A program made the translations under genes and the position numbers. The notes beneath the pieces were generated by a model that searched no databases, was not told the origin of the DNA, and was given only the letters and a program-made list of their open reading frames with translations. A DNA stretch of 60,486 nucleotides, the filler included, from a bacterium UBP13_UBA5359 (lineage in GTDB: Bacteria; UBP13; UBA5359), in the NCBI GenBank assembly GCA_002410925.1. It is 4 parts of 4 records of this genome, joined end to end, with 100 filler letters (N's around TTAATTAATTAA, not from the genome) between each part and the next. Parts side by side here need not be neighbours in the genome. Positions count along the whole stretch, not along the records: positions 39,877 to 50,919 come from DHPR01000001.1; positions 51,020 to 60,486 come from DHPR01000007.1; 2 more parts are not named here. One strand, given 5' to 3'. Shown here piece after piece: positions 40,531 through 51,392 of this stretch (the stretch's first letter is position 1; every line of letters starts with the position of its first letter).

Positions 40531-41594
40531 TCAGCTTCCGGATAGGAGCCGAGGATCTTTATAAAGAGCGCATGCTCTTTCATTTCCTTGAGGGATTCTA
40601 CTATATCCGGATATGTATGATGCCCTTGGACATCTATAAAGAAGATATATTCCCAGGGGCGTTTTTTTGTAGGACGTGATTCTATCATAGTCATATTGAC
40701 TGCATGCCTTTCAAAGGGATGCAATGCCTTATAGAGAGCGCCGGCCTGGTGCCGGACAGAAAAGATTATAGAAGTTTTATCGCGCCCGCTGGCCTCTGTC
40801 AGCGGAGTGTGACTTATGACCAGGAAACGTGTTCGATTGCTGGAACTATCTTCAATATGTTCCGCCAGAATGTTAAGACCGAAATGGTTGGCTGCCAGCT
40901 TGCCGGCAACAGCCGCACTACAGGAATCAGCCGCCGCACACTCAGCTGCTCTGGCATTGCTGTAAACTTCGCAAAGCTCTATCCCGGGGAGGTTCTTTCT
41001 CAGCCATGTTCTACATTGCGCCTCTGTCTGGGGATGTATATAGAGCTTTGTAACCTTTTCGATATCCGTTGTGGATAGAAGATGGTGCGTTACCTCTACA
41101 AACAGCTCGCCGCATATTGCCAAATCAGAATCCACAAACCTGTCTAACGTATGGTTTACCACTCCCTCGGTTGAGTTCTCAACGGGAACTACTCCGTAAT
41201 CCGCTCTTCGTTTCTCCACCATAGAAAATACAGAATCGATGGAATCGCAGGGAAGCAATGAAGCACCGTTGCCGAAGTGCTGCAGACATGCCATATGCGT
41301 AAAGGTAGTCTGAGGCCCCAGGTAGGCTACCTGTAATGGCTGTTCGAGAGCGAGCGTAGCGGACATGACCTCTTTGTAGATACTTTGCAGGGCTTTGTCC
41401 GGTAACGGACCTTGATTGAGATCGGTTATCCGGTTATAGACCTGCTTCTCTCTTACCGGATCATAAAAGCTCTTCATTCCGGCCTGAGCCTTGATTTTAG
41501 CGATATCAACAGCTATGGAGGCTCTGCGACTCAGAAGTTGTATGATATTCTCGTCCAGAGTATCGATTTTTTTTCGTAATTCTTCAAGACTCAT
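40527..41594 (-). CDS. pheA: Chorismate mutase/prephenate dehydratase
   Basis: LRKKIDTLD CM domain, PVENSTEG, NRTRF, IESRP, LGSYP. Confidence 0.95.
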   Translation of the reverse strand: MSLEELRKKIDTLDENIIQLLSRRASIAVDIAKIKAQAGMKSFYDPVREKQVYNRITDLNQGPLPDKALQSIYKEVMSATLALEQPLQVAYLGPQTTFTHMACLQHFGNGASLLPCDSIDSVFSMVEKRRADYGVVPVENSTEGVVNHTLDRFVDSDLAICGELFVEVTHHLLSTTDIEKVTKLYIHPQTEAQCRTWLRKNLPGIELCEVYSNARAAECAAADSCSAAVAGKLAANHFGLNILAEHIEDSSSNRTRFLVISHTPLTEASGRDKTSIIFSVRHQAGALYKALHPFERHAVNMTMIESRPTKKRPWEYIFFIDVQGHHTYPDIVESLKEMKEHALFIKILGSYPEAD

Positions 41595-41730
41595 AGCAAC
41601 TTAAATATATATTATGAACCGATTGCCGTCAACATCTACAAACCAAGCGGAAATATATGGTATAATGTTGGCGTTCAGGTAGCGGACAGAAAGCTGTCCG
41701 AATATTTTTGTTATAGGAGGTGATATCCCC

Positions 41731-42582
41731 TTGCTTTTAAAAGATTGGTTTGCCAAGAGACCAAGATATTCGTCTACGGGCCTTGAAAACAGCCGTTCGA
41801 GAGTCCCTGATGGCTTGATGACCAAATGTCCTGGTTGCGAGGATGCGATATATAATAAGGAACTGGAAAAGAGCCTTAAGGTTTGCCCCAAATGCTCTTA
41901 TCACTTTCGTCTTTCAGCCAGAGAGCGCCTGGATATCACCATAGAGGCAGGATCTCTGGAGGAATATGATAGCGATATGTTATCTGTAAATCCATTGGAT
42001 TTTCCTGAATACGAGGATAAGCTTATCAAAAGCAGGCATAAAACCGGTCAGATTGATGCCGTTATAACGGGCCAGGCATCCGTTGCAGGATACAGGACAG
42101 TAATTGCCGTGACAGATTTTGCCTTCATGGGTGGGAGTATGGGGTCGGTTGTAGGTGAAAAGGTTGTAGCGGCTATGGAAAGAGCTGTTGATTACAGGCT
42201 GCCGATGCTTGTCATATCTGCTTCCGGGGGAGGCGCCAGAATGCAGGAAGGCATTCTCTCTCTGATGCAGATGGCCAAGACCGGTGCCGCTGTAGCCAAG
42301 TTACGAGAAGCCGAACTGCCTTATATCGTTATTTTGACCGATCCTACCATGGGGGGTGTGGCTGCCAGCTTTGCTTCACTGGGGGATGTCATAATAGCCG
42401 AGCCGGGAGCGCTTATAGGCTTTGCCGGTCCTAGAGTTATTGAACAAACTATACGACAGAAGCTGCCGGAGGGCTTTCAACGCTCTGAATTTCAACTTAA
42501 ACACGGATTTGTGGATATTATCGCTGCGCGTAAAGATATGGTTGCTACTCTAGCGATGTTGTACAGCTTTTATCTGGATTGA
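41731..42582 (+). CDS. accD: Acetyl-CoA carboxylase carboxyltransferase beta
   Basis: KCPGC..CPKC zinc finger, FMGGSMG, GGARMQEG, GFAGPRVIEQT. Confidence 0.96.
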   Translation: MLLKDWFAKRPRYSSTGLENSRSRVPDGLMTKCPGCEDAIYNKELEKSLKVCPKCSYHFRLSARERLDITIEAGSLEEYDSDMLSVNPLDFPEYEDKLIKSRHKTGQIDAVITGQASVAGYRTVIAVTDFAFMGGSMGSVVGEKVVAAMERAVDYRLPMLVISASGGGARMQEGILSLMQMAKTGAAVAKLREAELPYIVILTDPTMGGVAASFASLGDVIIAEPGALIGFAGPRVIEQTIRQKLPEGFQRSEFQLKHGFVDIIAARKDMVATLAMLYSFYLD

Positions 42583-42594
42583 GGTGGCTTTTAT

Positions 42595-43557
42595 ATGGTT
42601 GGATTGATGGAGATAGAGAGGCCTGTCAAGGAGCTTGAAGGTAAGATAGCTGAATTGAAGAACCTTGCTGAAACAGAGAAGATAGATCTTAGCGATCAGA
42701 TAAGCACTCTGGAAGAGAGAGCCGAAAAGCTTAAGAAACGTCTTTATAAAAATCTTACGCCCTGGCAGAAAACTCAAATGGCCCGGCATCCGATGCGTCC
42801 TTATACGCTTGATTATGCTCAGGCTTTATTTGATGAATATATTGAGTTGCATGGCGATCGTTGCTGTGGAGATGATAAATCGATTGTCGGCGGTTTTGCA
42901 AAGCTGGATGGCAGGCCGGTAATCTTTATCGGCCATCAAAAAGGGCGCAATACGAGAGAAAATATCGAGCGTAACTTTGGCTCTGCTCATCCTGAGGGAT
43001 ATCGCAAGGCAATGCGGCTAATGGAACAGGCCGAACGCTTCAAACGGCCGATATTGACATTTATCGATACCCAGGGAGCTTTTTGCGGCATAGGGGCAGA
43101 GGAGAGGGGGCAGAGCGAAGCCATAGCCAGTAGTCTTTGCTTTATGTCACGGTTGAAAACTCCAATTATTGCCGTGATAATAGGCGAAGGCGGAAGTGGA
43201 GGCGCCATAGGCCTGGGCGTCGGCAATCGTATACTCATGCTTGAAAACTCCGTATACTCGGTTATTTCTCCTGAGGGTTGCGCCGCCATTCTCTGGAAAG
43301 ATGCCGGAAGAGCGCGTGAGGCTGCCGAGATATTAAAACTGACAGCGAGTGATCTTAAGCAATTGGGCGTTATCGATGAAATAATTCCCGAGCCAATCGG
43401 CGGGGCGCATAATGATTACGAAAAAACGATAGCCGCGGTAAAAAGGGCTATCAAACGTCATCTAAGCGAGCTATCGGTTATGTCCGCTGAAGAACTGGTT
43501 GCGAATCGTTATGATAAGTTCAAGCGTATGGGTGTTGTAGGCTCTATTATGCCCTGA
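42595..43557 (+). CDS. accA: Acetyl-CoA carboxylase carboxyltransferase alpha
   Basis: ARHPMRP, PEGYRKA, GEGGSGGA, SPEGCAAILW. Confidence 0.96.
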   Translation: MVGLMEIERPVKELEGKIAELKNLAETEKIDLSDQISTLEERAEKLKKRLYKNLTPWQKTQMARHPMRPYTLDYAQALFDEYIELHGDRCCGDDKSIVGGFAKLDGRPVIFIGHQKGRNTRENIERNFGSAHPEGYRKAMRLMEQAERFKRPILTFIDTQGAFCGIGAEERGQSEAIASSLCFMSRLKTPIIAVIIGEGGSGGAIGLGVGNRILMLENSVYSVISPEGCAAILWKDAGRAREAAEILKLTASDLKQLGVIDEIIPEPIGGAHNDYEKTIAAVKRAIKRHLSELSVMSAEELVANRYDKFKRMGVVGSIMP

Positions 43558-43700
43558 TACAGTCTGTATAAGTCGTAGCGGCCATAGCTGTTGTCTTGTC
43601 TTTTGCCAGAGGCTGTGCTAATATACTGTTTTGGGCGGAAGTGTTGATATGCGTCAGCTTTCTTTCTTTTTGTTCAATATAATTCACCGTGAGGTAAAGA

Positions 43701-44663
43701 GTGAAACAGATAGGCCTGTTAACTAGCGGCGGAGACGCCCCGGGTATGAATGCCGCCATTAGAGCCGTGGTCAGATCAGCAATATATAATGGTCTTAAAG
43801 TAACGGGAATAGAACGCGGCTATGCAGGTCTCCTCTGCCAGGAGATGCGACCGATGAATCTGGCATCCGTCGGCGGAATTATCAACAGAGGCGGCACCAT
43901 ACTGCAATCATCGCGTTCGCCGGAGTTCCGTGCCCCGGAAGGACAGAAAAAGGCAGTCGATATACTTAAAAGCAACAGCATAGACGGGTTAGTTGTTATA
44001 GGCGGAGATGGCTCTTTTCATGGCGCCGATGCTCTTTACCGCAATTGGGGCTTTCCAACAATCGGCATTCCCGGTTCTATAGATAATGATATATCCTGCA
44101 CGGATTATTCCATAGGCTTCGATACCGCTGTCAATACCGCTCTGGAAATAATCGATAAGCTGCGCGATACCGCAGATTCGCACGAGAGAATATTCGTTGT
44201 CGAGGTTATGGGTAGAGAGAAGGGATGTATAGCTCTTGAGGTCGGTCTCTCCGGTGGCGCGGAAGCTATTCTTCTGCCGGAGATGGAATATTGCCCGGAA
44301 AAAATTGCACAGCGTTTGCGTGCCGGGTATAAGCGCGGCAAGCTCTCGAGTATAATAGTTGTTGCCGAGGGAGCCTGCTCAGCCGTTAAGGTAGCTTCCG
44401 AAATCGGAAAACTTACAGGCTTTGAAACGCGTGTCAGTGTTCTCGGTCATGTTCAGCGCGGAGGCTCGCCTACGGCACTTGACCGAATACTGGCAAGCCG
44501 TTTTGGAGCGGCTGCCGTCAAGGGATTGATAAATGGCGATCATGGTTGTATGGTCGGCATAATATCGGATAAAATTGTATATAGCAAGCTTAGCAAAGCA
44601 TGGGAGCATGAGGAGAAAATTAATATGGATGATTACCATTTAGCGGAGATATTGGCTATATAG
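43701..44663 (+). CDS. pfkA: ATP-dependent 6-phosphofructokinase
   Basis: TSGGDAPGMN, GGDGS, SIDND, EVMGR, LGHVQRGG. Confidence 0.96.
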   Translation: MKQIGLLTSGGDAPGMNAAIRAVVRSAIYNGLKVTGIERGYAGLLCQEMRPMNLASVGGIINRGGTILQSSRSPEFRAPEGQKKAVDILKSNSIDGLVVIGGDGSFHGADALYRNWGFPTIGIPGSIDNDISCTDYSIGFDTAVNTALEIIDKLRDTADSHERIFVVEVMGREKGCIALEVGLSGGAEAILLPEMEYCPEKIAQRLRAGYKRGKLSSIIVVAEGACSAVKVASEIGKLTGFETRVSVLGHVQRGGSPTALDRILASRFGAAAVKGLINGDHGCMVGIISDKIVYSKLSKAWEHEEKINMDDYHLAEILAI

Positions 44664-44728
44664 TCGATTTTATCTGCAGGGCAATCAGAAGGAAAGCCTT
44701 GATTGGCAATTATATGGAGTATGGAACT

Positions 44729-46303
44729 ATGGCAAAGCTGAATTTTGTAGAAATAAGACGAGCGTTGGTGAGTGTATCCGATAAGGAGGGCATAATCGAT
44801 TTTGCTCGTGTTTTGAAGGATTTTAATGTGGAGATTATTTCCACCGGGGGGACTGCCAGGGCGTTGAAGGAGGCAGGCATACCTGTGATAGGCATATCCG
44901 ATATTACAGGATTTCCGGAAATGATGGATGGTAGGGTTAAAACGCTGCATCCTAGAGTTCACGGAGGATTGCTGGCCAGAAGGGATAACCCGGAGCATAT
45001 GAATGCTTTACAGGAGCACGGCATACCGGCGATTGATATGGTAGTGGTCAATCTCTATCCCTTTGCTCGGACGGTAGCCAGAGAAGGCGTGTCTCTGGAA
45101 GAAGCAATAGAGAATATCGATATCGGCGGCCCCTCCATGATACGTTCGGCAGCTAAGAATTTTGCCGGCGTTGCCGTTGTGGTTGATCCTTCACGCTATG
45201 CCGAAATAGCTGAAGAACTCAAAGCCAATAAAGGTGCATTAAGTTATGGAACAAGGGAGAAGCTTGCTGTAGAGGCTTTTAATCATACAGCCGCTTATGA
45301 TGGTATGATTTTCAGGTATCTGAGCGGGCGTAAAGAGGTAAGCCATCCTGAATTTCCAAAGCAATTGCCTCTTTCTCTGACAAAGATACAGGATCTTCGC
45401 TACGGCGAGAATCCTCATCAGAGTGCCGCCTTTTACGCAGAAGGCAGTTCTTCGGAGCCTTCAGTAGCTAATGCAAAGCAGCTCTGGGGCAAGGAACTCT
45501 CTTTTAATAATATTATCGACATAGATGCAGCCCTGGAAATAATCAAGGACTTTACCGAGCCGGCGGCAGTGGTAATCAAGCATACCAATCCCTGTGGAAC
45601 GGCGATAGCCGATAATATTACCGAAGCTTATAAGCGTGCTTATGCTGCTGATTCGCTATCGGCATTTGGCGGTATAGTCGGGCTGAGTATGCCTGTGGAT
45701 GTAGATACGGCCAATGAACTGACCAGCACCTTTTTGGAAGCCGTAATTGCTCCGGGATATTTGCCCGAGGCGCTGGAAGTGTTGAAAACGAAGAAGAATC
45801 TCCGGATTTTGAGCGTTACTGATTGGAAAAAAGGATATACTCCAAGCGGATTTGATATAAAGAAGGTTACCGGAGGCATGCTGATACAGGACCGTGATAC
45901 ATTAATTTTTGATAGATCGGCTGCAAAGGTTGTTACCGAAGCTCAACCCGATGAACGTGACTGGTGTGATCTGGCTTTTGCCTGGAAGATGGTAAAGCAT
46001 CTTAAATCCAATGCCATTCTTCTAGCGGCCGACGGCGTTACCGTTGGCGTAGGGGTAGGCCAGATGAGCCGAGTGGACGCCGCTGAGCTGGCTGTTAAAA
46101 AAGCTCAGGGGCGGGCAGAGGGAGCAGTTATGGCTTCCGATGCCTTCTTCCCCTTTCGGGATGCAATCGATGCCGCAGCTGCCGCGGGAATAAGAGCCAT
46201 AATTCAGCCCGGCGGTTCCATTCGTGATGAGGAAGTCATTGCTGCTGCCAATGAGCATGGGATAACGATGGTTTTCACCGGCTACAGGCATTTCAAGCAT
46301 TGA
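44729..46303 (+). CDS. purH: AICAR transformylase/IMP cyclohydrolase
   Basis: SVSDK, STGGT, GRVKTLHP, LRYGENPHQ, ASDAFFPF, RHFKH. Confidence 0.97.
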   Translation: MAKLNFVEIRRALVSVSDKEGIIDFARVLKDFNVEIISTGGTARALKEAGIPVIGISDITGFPEMMDGRVKTLHPRVHGGLLARRDNPEHMNALQEHGIPAIDMVVVNLYPFARTVAREGVSLEEAIENIDIGGPSMIRSAAKNFAGVAVVVDPSRYAEIAEELKANKGALSYGTREKLAVEAFNHTAAYDGMIFRYLSGRKEVSHPEFPKQLPLSLTKIQDLRYGENPHQSAAFYAEGSSSEPSVANAKQLWGKELSFNNIIDIDAALEIIKDFTEPAAVVIKHTNPCGTAIADNITEAYKRAYAADSLSAFGGIVGLSMPVDVDTANELTSTFLEAVIAPGYLPEALEVLKTKKNLRILSVTDWKKGYTPSGFDIKKVTGGMLIQDRDTLIFDRSAAKVVTEAQPDERDWCDLAFAWKMVKHLKSNAILLAADGVTVGVGVGQMSRVDAAELAVKKAQGRAEGAVMASDAFFPFRDAIDAAAAAGIRAIIQPGGSIRDEEVIAAANEHGITMVFTGYRHFKH

Positions 46304-46407
46304 TATGCCCTGATGACAAAGATTTTGTCAGGTATGGAAGGGCTGTTGCCCGTTTAAGAGCTTTAACGCAGGCTTTAACGCAGGTATGTTTCTTGCAATT
46401 ACAATAG

Positions 46408-47755
<1,348 letters not shown>

Positions 47756-47779
47756 TATCAATGGTTTTCCTCTAAAAAC

Positions 47780-47855
47780 GGGCCGTTAGCTCAGTCGGTA
47801 GAGCAGCGGACTTTTAATCCGCGTGTCACAGGTTCGATTCCTGTACGGCTCACCA
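47780..47855 (+). tRNA. tRNA-Lys(UUU)
   Basis: 76-nt cloverleaf, GCGGA-CTTTTAA-TCCGC anticodon arm, GGTTCGA T-loop, CCA end. Confidence 0.97.
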
Positions 47856-47870
47856 AATTTTTCCAGTATT

Positions 47871-47908
47871 AATGCGGGTTTCCAGACTTTAAGGGGACCC
47901 GCATTTTT
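47871..47908 (+). terminator. Terminator after tRNA-Lys
   Basis: AATGCGGGTTTCC/GGGGACCCGCATT stem plus T run. Confidence 0.65.
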
Positions 47909-48292
47909 CGTTAAAAGGGCAATCTTCAGCCCATTTTCAGCCCAAATTTTTCAAACCCATTTTAAAGAGTGAAAAGAACAAAAGTTATCTACCGTAGAAA
48001 CCGGATAGACCCGTTAGGGTGTGTTTATAGGGAGGAGGGACCCCCCCACTTATGCACAATGGTTTTTTCGTATACCCTGAATAAAATGGATACAGTATCC
48101 CCTAAAAAATGTAACCCCGATCCACGTTTGGTATGGGGGGCAGAAGCTTCGAAGGCTTCAAATTTCCGCTTCAGAAATTCATCTCATAGCGGCAGACAAA
48201 ATATACCTATATTCGACCAAAAACATACCATAATTATCACATAAACAGCATAAGATTATACCAAGATTTTACTATAACCCACCGACAACCCC

Positions 48293-48619
48293 TTAACCGG
48301 ACTTCTGAGCGGTCTTGTCCATGGCTTTCTGCAACGACGCGTCAAGTTTATCTACCGCCTCCTGTTGCAGGCCCCGGCTGACGTGCGAATACAAATCAAG
48401 CGTGATAGCTATGCTGGAATGTCAAAGACGCTCACTCACTATTTTAGGATTTGTGCCTCCCCGCATAAGCTGGGTGGCATGTGAATGCCGCAAATCATGG
48501 AATCTTACACCAGGCATACCGGCTCTCTTTACCAGATAGCGAAAACTGCTGCTGAGGGCATCGGGCGGCCAGGGGTTCCCATCGGGAAGAGCACAGGCCA
48601 GATCGTTATCAACGTACAA
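48293..48619 (-). pseudogene. Phage/ICE tyrosine integrase C-terminal remnant
   Basis: RFHDLRHSHAT..VSERL*HSSIAITLDLYSHV; TGA at the G of LGH; N-terminus missing. Confidence 0.85.
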
Positions 48620-48980
48620 AAGGGCTGCCTTGTACAGCTACAGAGGCTTTAAAGCTGTACAGGGCATTGTAGCGCTTCGTCTCTTATGCTAAATTGAGTT
48701 GTGGAGGTTGATCACAATGTCGTTACTGCTTCTCGGCAGCAGCGCCCATGAAGTAACGATATACCGCAAGCCACATCACGGCCTTATGTTTCCCTTCGAG
48801 ATGGAGGCTTACGAATACGACGCCAGGCGGGAGAAAGAGCGCTTCAATCGCGGGAAGGCTCAAAGGTATGTGACTGAACAATGCGGCAAAGGTACAGTGA
48901 TGCCGAATTATTAAGCCTATAGCCAAGAGCCTGTTTGCTTAATGCTTATCGCGGGTCATCTTGTTATACAGAGGGTAAGA

Positions 48981-49268
48981 ATGGGAAAGAATAAAGAGTT
49001 TGAAGCTCTCAAAGTTGAATATTTAGAAGGCTTAATGGAATTGGGAGAGCTAACCGCTTACATGATAAAAGTCGTGGAGCGGGAGGAGCACTCTGTAACT
49101 ATACGATATCAGATTCGAGCGCTCTTAGAGGAGTTTCTGCGAAGGGTACCGAAATTAAGCAGTAGGATTGAAAAGGCTGAAGATTTGGAAGATATAAGAG
49201 AAGTAGACAGAGTGTTACGGCAACAGAGGCACTACTTGAAAAACGAAGTAATGAACATTTACTACTGA
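48981..49268 (+). CDS. Hypothetical helical protein (95 aa)
   Basis: GAGGG RBS; charged amphipathic sequence; upstream of the peptide cluster. Confidence 0.55.
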   Translation: MGKNKEFEALKVEYLEGLMELGELTAYMIKVVEREEHSVTIRYQIRALLEEFLRRVPKLSSRIEKAEDLEDIREVDRVLRQQRHYLKNEVMNIYY

Positions 49269-49285
49269 AGGGAGTTGCCTGGATT

Positions 49286-49462
49286 ATGGCTAAGCTGTTA
49301 AGCAGAGCTAAAGCAGAGCCGATAGGGAAAAGAACTCATAAGCGTAACGGTTCGGTTATGCCTGCGGAACTGAGAATTGCATTCAAGCGGATGGATGCTA
49401 TTTGTGACCGGTTACATGGTCGTGTAGAGGAATACAGCAGGAAGCATTCGTCCAAACCGTAA
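49286..49462 (+). CDS. Small peptide A (58 aa)
   Basis: MAKLL..MPAELRIAFKRMDAICDRLHGRVEEYSRKHSSKP; paralog at 49786. Confidence 0.7.
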   Translation: MAKLLSRAKAEPIGKRTHKRNGSVMPAELRIAFKRMDAICDRLHGRVEEYSRKHSSKP

Positions 49463-49629
49463 TGGCCGGCGGAGATAACGAATCTATGCGTGCAACACGT
49501 GGATACGGGCGCCGGGCCGTTGTTTCTGATGAACTGCGGGACACGGTAAAGAAAATGCGTAATGCCAGCAATAGATTCAATGCCATTGTAAAAGATATGA
49601 GCAAGGAGTTCGGCGAAGATAAAGGATGA
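49462..49629 (+). CDS. Small peptide B (55 aa)
   Basis: TAATG coupling; AVVSDELRDTVKKMRNASNRFNA; paralog at 49634. Confidence 0.7.
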   Translation: MAGGDNESMRATRGYGRRAVVSDELRDTVKKMRNASNRFNAIVKDMSKEFGEDKG

Positions 49630-49633
49630 ACTT

Positions 49634-49789
49634 ATGCCTGTGAATCTTAGAGCAGCCTCTTCTGCCGGTGCTGGCTATAGCTACAAAAAGGCCGTCGTTT
49701 CCGAGGAGCTGCGGGAAACGGTAAAGAAGATGCGCATAGTAAGCGATAGGTTCAATGCCAGAATCAGAGCAGCAGAGAAGAAGGCATGA
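49634..49789 (+). CDS. Small peptide B' (51 aa)
   Basis: AVVSEELRETVKKMRIVSDRFNA. Confidence 0.7.
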   Translation: MPVNLRAASSAGAGYSYKKAVVSEELRETVKKMRIVSDRFNARIRAAEKKA

Positions 49790-49899
49790 AGAACATGCCG
49801 GCTAAACTGCGAATTGCTTTCAAGAAGATGGATGCCATTTGTGATAGGCTCCATGGCAGAGTGCAGGAGTATAGCAGGAAGCATTCCGGCAAGTCCTAA
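49786..49899 (+). CDS. Small peptide A' (37 aa)
   Basis: ATGA coupling; MPAKLRIAFKKMDAICDRLHGRVQEYSRKHS. Confidence 0.7.
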   Translation: MKNMPAKLRIAFKKMDAICDRLHGRVQEYSRKHSGKS

Positions 49900-49952
49900 A
49901 GGTTCATGGTAAGTTAATTTGCGTTACTACCCCCGGCGGTTTCGACCCTGGG

Positions 49953-49986
49953 GCGCGAGGCCTCGAAAGGGGCCTCCGCTTTTTAT
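49953..49986 (+). terminator. Intrinsic terminator after the peptide cluster
   Basis: GAGGCCTC-GAAA-GGGGCCTC stem then TTTTTAT. Confidence 0.7.
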
Positions 49987-50045
49987 CCCGGCATGTTATG
50001 TCGATAGCTGGCCGGGATGGAGCTTGTGATGAGAGGTGCAAAGGG

Positions 50046-50393
50046 ATGGATAACATGGAGAATACTTCGGGACAGGGGGCAGGTGTGATTGTCCCATACG
50101 AAGTGAGGAAATGGAACGGAGGCTGGAACTGGGGCGCGTTCTGGTTTGAATGGCTATGGGGGATAAATCATAACGTTTGGATATCGCTTCTTACCCTTAT
50201 CCCTTATGTGAATCTTGTGATGGCGATAGTTCTTGGTATCAAAGGTAATGAATGGGCTTGGCAACAGCGTAGATGGGATAGCGTGGAACAGTTCCAGAGA
50301 ACGCAAAGGATATGGAGTAACTGGGGGCTTGGTATTTTTATCGCCGTGTTCATAATAGTTATGGTGATTTGCTATATGGCGGGCAGCCAGTAA
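50046..50393 (+). CDS. Trp-rich small membrane protein
   Basis: GWNWGAF, KGNEWAW, QFQRTQRIW motifs, TM helices. Confidence 0.75.
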   Translation: MDNMENTSGQGAGVIVPYEVRKWNGGWNWGAFWFEWLWGINHNVWISLLTLIPYVNLVMAIVLGIKGNEWAWQQRRWDSVEQFQRTQRIWSNWGLGIFIAVFIIVMVICYMAGSQ

Positions 50394-50401
50394 TAGCATC
50401 C

Positions 50402-50700
50402 CTATACCGGCAAATACCTGGCAAAACTGTCGGTTGGCCGGGCGTGAAGATACCGGCTGGTAGTAGCCACTGAAGCATGTCCGAGCGTGGCTTGAACAAG
50501 GTGTATCGGGCAGCCGCGGTCAAGGGCATGACTTGCATGCGCATGACGCAGCCAGTGCGGGGAAACGTTCGTATCGATGCCTGCACGCTTGGCAGCGGCT
50601 CTGACAATCCGCATGACCTGTGATCTGTCCATGGGGCCGCCTTTCTGAGAACGAAAGACCGGTTCATCCTGAGTGGTATTACCACGTAAGGCAATGATCC
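50402..50700 (-). pseudogene. Tyrosine recombinase C-terminal fragment truncated at an IS3-like element
   Basis: PVFRSQKGG..SPHWLRHAHASHALD..LGHASVATTSRY. Confidence 0.85.
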
Positions 50701-50701
50701 T

Positions 50702-50919
50702 TAGAGTGTACCCGAAAGAGTGGAGACTTCAAGAGGCAAAGTGATAAAATAAGCCAAAGGGGGCCTTCAGGGCATGAGAAAAGGACAGAAACAAAATAAG
50801 TATACAACGGAGTTCAAGGAGAGGGCGGCTCTCGCTATACCCCAACGGAGCATGAAGAGTTAAAGGCTCTACTTAAAGAGAACCATCGATTGCGGGAAGA
50901 ACGTGACATCTTAAAAAAA
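50702..50919 (+). mobile_element. IS3-family left end and deleted orfA
   Basis: KYTTEFKERA then frameshift to ENHRLREERDILKK ending in an A run at the contig end. Confidence 0.75.
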
Positions 50920-51019
50920 NNNNNNNNNNNNNNNNNNNNNNNNNNNNNNNNNNNNNNNNNNNNTTAATTAATTAANNNNNNNNNNNNNNNNNNNNNNNNN
51001 NNNNNNNNNNNNNNNNNNN
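50920..51019. other. Artificial contig-join linker
   Basis: N run with TTAATTAATTAA. Confidence 0.95.
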
Positions 51020-51020
51020 T

Positions 51021-51392
51021 TGTAAAATGGAGCACATCCTCTCTGAAGAGGCGGCAGATCGCATTTGCACTCTTCTTGGGCATCCGCAGGAGTGCCCGCA
51101 CGGATTATCTATTCCTGCGGGCAACTGTTGCCGCCAGCCTAAGGAAACGCTGAATAGTTTGATCACCACTGTTGACCGGCTCCACATAGGGGAAGAAGCC
51201 AGGATTGCCTATATTCAGACCGGAAGTGATGAGCGCCTTCATAAGCTGGTCTCCTTCGGCCTTCATCCGGGTGCTGTAATCCGTCTGCATCAGCGTTTTC
51301 CTGCCGTAGTGATCAGGACGGAAGAGACGCAACTGGCTATTGAGGAGGAGATTGCTCGTGAAATTCATGTTCGGAGGAAGGCGGAAGCATAA
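51021..51392 (+). CDS. DtxR/MntR-family regulator C-terminus with FeoA domain (5'-truncated)
   Basis: CKMEHILS..LGHPQECPHG.IP, FeoA-like LVSFGLHPG. Confidence 0.85.
   Translation, partial: CKMEHILSEEAADRICTLLGHPQECPHGLSIPAGNCCRQPKETLNSLITTVDRLHIGEEARIAYIQTGSDERLHKLVSFGLHPGAVIRLHQRFPAVVIRTEETQLAIEEEIAREIHVRRKAEA

Noticed and set aside
48699-48914. 71-aa ORF in the tRNA-Lys island
   Set aside because: Weak start context and no recognisable features; cannot support as a gene
49398-49884. Two similar minus-strand ORFs in the track
   Set aside because: Antisense to the four coupled plus-strand peptides, where differences fall at synonymous positions
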